Positions 20,237 through 22,212 of a DNA stretch of 22,212 nt are shown here, piece by piece. The position numbers and the translations under genes were made by a program. Position 1 is the first letter of the stretch. The number at the start of each line of letters is the position of its first letter. The notes beneath the pieces are model-generated. The model saw only the letters and a list, made by a program, of their open reading frames with translations. It ran no database searches and was not told the origin of the DNA. The stretch spans positions 1-22,212 of the forward strand of contig NW_021836973.1 of the NCBI RefSeq assembly GCF_006345805.1, written 5' to 3'. Origin of the DNA: Octopus sinensis. Lineage: Eukaryota.

Positions 20237-20425
20237 TTTTGGCACAAAGCAGCAATTTTGGGGGGAAATAAATCGATTACGTCAACATCATTACGCAGCT
20301 GGTACTTATTTTATCGACCCGGAAAGGATGAAAGACAAAGTCGACCTTGGCGGAATTTGAACTCAGATGGACGAAATACTGCTAAACATTCCGTCCGGCT
20401 TGCTAACGATTCTGCCATCTCGCCA
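20237..20425 (-). mobile_element. SINE family B
   Basis: Minus strand gtggcgagatggcagaatcgttagc...ctgagttcaaattccgcc...gtcgactttgtctttcatcc...cgataaaataagtaccag. Confidence 0.88.
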
Positions 20426-20704
20426 CTTTCTGGTTGTATATCTTGACAATAAGTGGAATCTGGTGTGGCTATAAGCAAGACAGGTCCTTCTTTCCTTAAT
20501 TTCTGGGACATCACCTTCGAGGGTTTTTTAGTAAATTATATTGATCTCTTTGGTTTGTGTTCGTATTTATGTTATTGATTATTGATTATTGATTGTTCAA
20601 TAGAGATTGGCATAAAGGGAAATAACTCAGTAGAACTAAAAACTACTGCATATTTATGTTGAATGACCTCTACACTCGTAGATATCAAACATTTATGACA
20701 TTAT

Positions 20705-20764
<60 letters not shown>

Positions 20765-20856
20765 ATGGTAGTCTCGGCCGACGAGAAAAACGGTCCAGCA
20801 AATTCTTGCTGCACAACCTCCACCAATGATTTGTTCATAGTGATCAAATGTATGTT

Positions 20857-21197
20857 TTGGGTTGTCCAGAAAGTTCATGCCGATTTTTAAAGGAAAGAAA
20901 AGGGTCAATAAATACTTGCCATTACATTTTTAATCAACCAAATCTGAACCATTTTGTTGCACAATGCGTCTCCATCTTTCCTTTAACTTGAAAATACCCT
21001 CTTCCCAGAATTGAGGTGGTTTCATCAAGGTATCTTTTTACGTCATCCAAGGAATTGAAATTTTTACCATTAAGACTATTCTGCAGAGACCTGAATAAGT
21101 GGAAATCCGAAGGAGCAATATCTGGGGAATATGGAGGCTCGGGTAACACATCCCAGCCGAGCTGCAGTAATTTTTGTCTGGTTCCCAAAGCATCAAG
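20857..21197 (-). mobile_element. Mariner (DD34D-type) transposon 3' fragment with terminal inverted repeat
   Basis: TRQKLLQLGWDVLPEPPYSPDIAPSDFHLFRSLQNSLNGKNFNSLDDVKRYLD/FWEEGIFKLKERWRRIVQQNG; TIR-like ttgggttgtccagaaagttcatgccgattt at ~20857. Confidence 0.92.
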
Positions 21198-21300
21198 TGC
21201 CGAAAATGAACTTTCTTATCTTTCATTTTAAAGGGTTACAGAATTAACACAGGTTATAGGAACATAAACCTTCTTCCACGAAAAATAGCCTAAAAATAGC

Positions 21301-21688
21301 GTATATATATATGTAAAGCTGAAGTTGTCTGTGTATGGCAGGTTTGGTAGCCTTCAACTAACACTATCTCCTCCGAGACCCGGCAGCGCGAGTTGACCAA
21401 AATTGAGAGAATGATAGAAGAAGGGTGTTCTTCCTTCCGTAGAAGAAAAAATTCAAATTGGACCATGTTAACACCAAATATTATTTACATAAAAAAGGTG
21501 CTTTTTTTCTATGAAAATTCCTATATTTTACGATTTTTTGACTGCTGTGCCGCCATTTTTCGGTGTATTTCAACCAGAAAAAATGGTCACTTAAAGAGTA
21601 TAAGCTACATAATGCAAAAGTTTTACTTTTCAAAATTCCAATTCTAAAGGTCGAAACAAACCCGAGCAACGCCGGGCGATACTGCTAG
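21301..21688 (+). mobile_element. Non-autonomous Helitron
   Basis: 3' GC hairpin CCCG-agcaacgc-CGGG (21661-21676), then 8 nt, then CTAG (21685-88) followed by T; 5' tatatatat...aaagctgaagttgtctg start typical of invertebrate non-autonomous Helitrons (5' TC not clear). Confidence 0.72.
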
Positions 21689-21723
21689 TCATAGATACAC
21701 AGCCACGTCATGTGTAACGATAA

Positions 21724-22212
21724 TACTAGAGTCGGCTGAAAAGTTCATAGGCTGCCAAGACACTCACAGGGAATGTGATCAAATGAAGGTTGTCTCCCTT
21801 GAGACCCCCACACTTCTTCCATCGGTGTTACAGTGCTTCGTTTCCATTGGTTTAAGAAGCTTTCACCCTGTTGGTCAAAAGTCATCAACAGCAGATATGA
21901 CGTCACCAACACTGCGATACTGTTCCTCAGCCAAGTGTTTTTTCATGTTAGGGACAGATAATAGTCATTAGAGTGAAATCAGGAGAATAGTGATGGTGAT
22001 CAACTAATCCCAAGACACGGTCACGCATAAGCAGCAGCCATTGAAACGAAGACTTGTGTGCTGGATCATTAACTGCATGAGACATGACTTCTTTCGCTAA
22101 TTTTCCTGGCATTTGGACCCGATAGCCTTTCATAACTGCCTTAGCAAGCTGGCGTAGTATCTCCATTGATGGTGTGGCCCTTTTGAATATAGTCAATAAA
22201 TACAATGCCATT
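21724..22212 (-). mobile_element. Second mariner transposon 3' part (continues beyond the window)
   Basis: LVDHHHYSPDF../PNMKKHLAEEQYRSVGDVISAVDDF..DQQGESF..TNGNEAL*HRWKKCGGLKGDN; TIR-like gagtcggctgaaaagttcataggctg at ~21729. Confidence 0.88.

Noticed and set aside
21209-21219. 11-nt inverted match to the mariner TIR at 20868-20878 (possible left TIR remnant)
   Set aside because: The match is short and the flanking TIR bases are not conserved.
1-22212. The many 60-210 aa ORFs (poly-Ile/Met, CVCV, YIYI, HTYI, SHSL types)
   Set aside because: They coincide with microsatellites that lack stop codons in some frames; no protein-family signal.
1-22212. CRISPR arrays, rRNA, intact tRNA genes, prokaryotic operons
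   Set aside because: No repeat-spacer pattern with unique spacers; all tRNA-like segments are SINE heads; the sequence is eukaryotic in character.

Overview
Repeat-dense eukaryotic non-coding DNA (intronic or intergenic) with no intact protein-coding gene. The tRNA-derived SINE families and the extreme microsatellite load look like a cephalopod (Octopus-type) genome; this is inferred from recognising the repeats, not from a database search. Almost all long ORFs in the track are microsatellite artefacts. Real coding traces are all decayed transposons: a Ty3/Gypsy integrase (~7.6-8.4 kb), a Tc1/mariner-superfamily element with DD46D spacing (~8.6-9.9 kb), two RTE LINE 3' ends carrying tandem C2H2 zinc fingers (~10.4-11.4 kb), a CR1-like LINE end, two mariner 3' ends and a non-autonomous Helitron. 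The most notable signal is invisible in the ORF track. Four type I hammerhead ribozyme motifs from three unrelated sequence families cluster in 12.5-14.4 kb, and a fourth, degenerate family occurs at 1.3 and 5.6 kb. The three clustered elements are bounded by (TA)n runs. One family is a ~498-nt non-coding unit arranged as a partial tandem plus a head-to-head inverted copy, with its 5' junction about 10 nt from the predicted self-cleavage site. This fits a Penelope-like pLTR or retrozyme-type mobile RNA.
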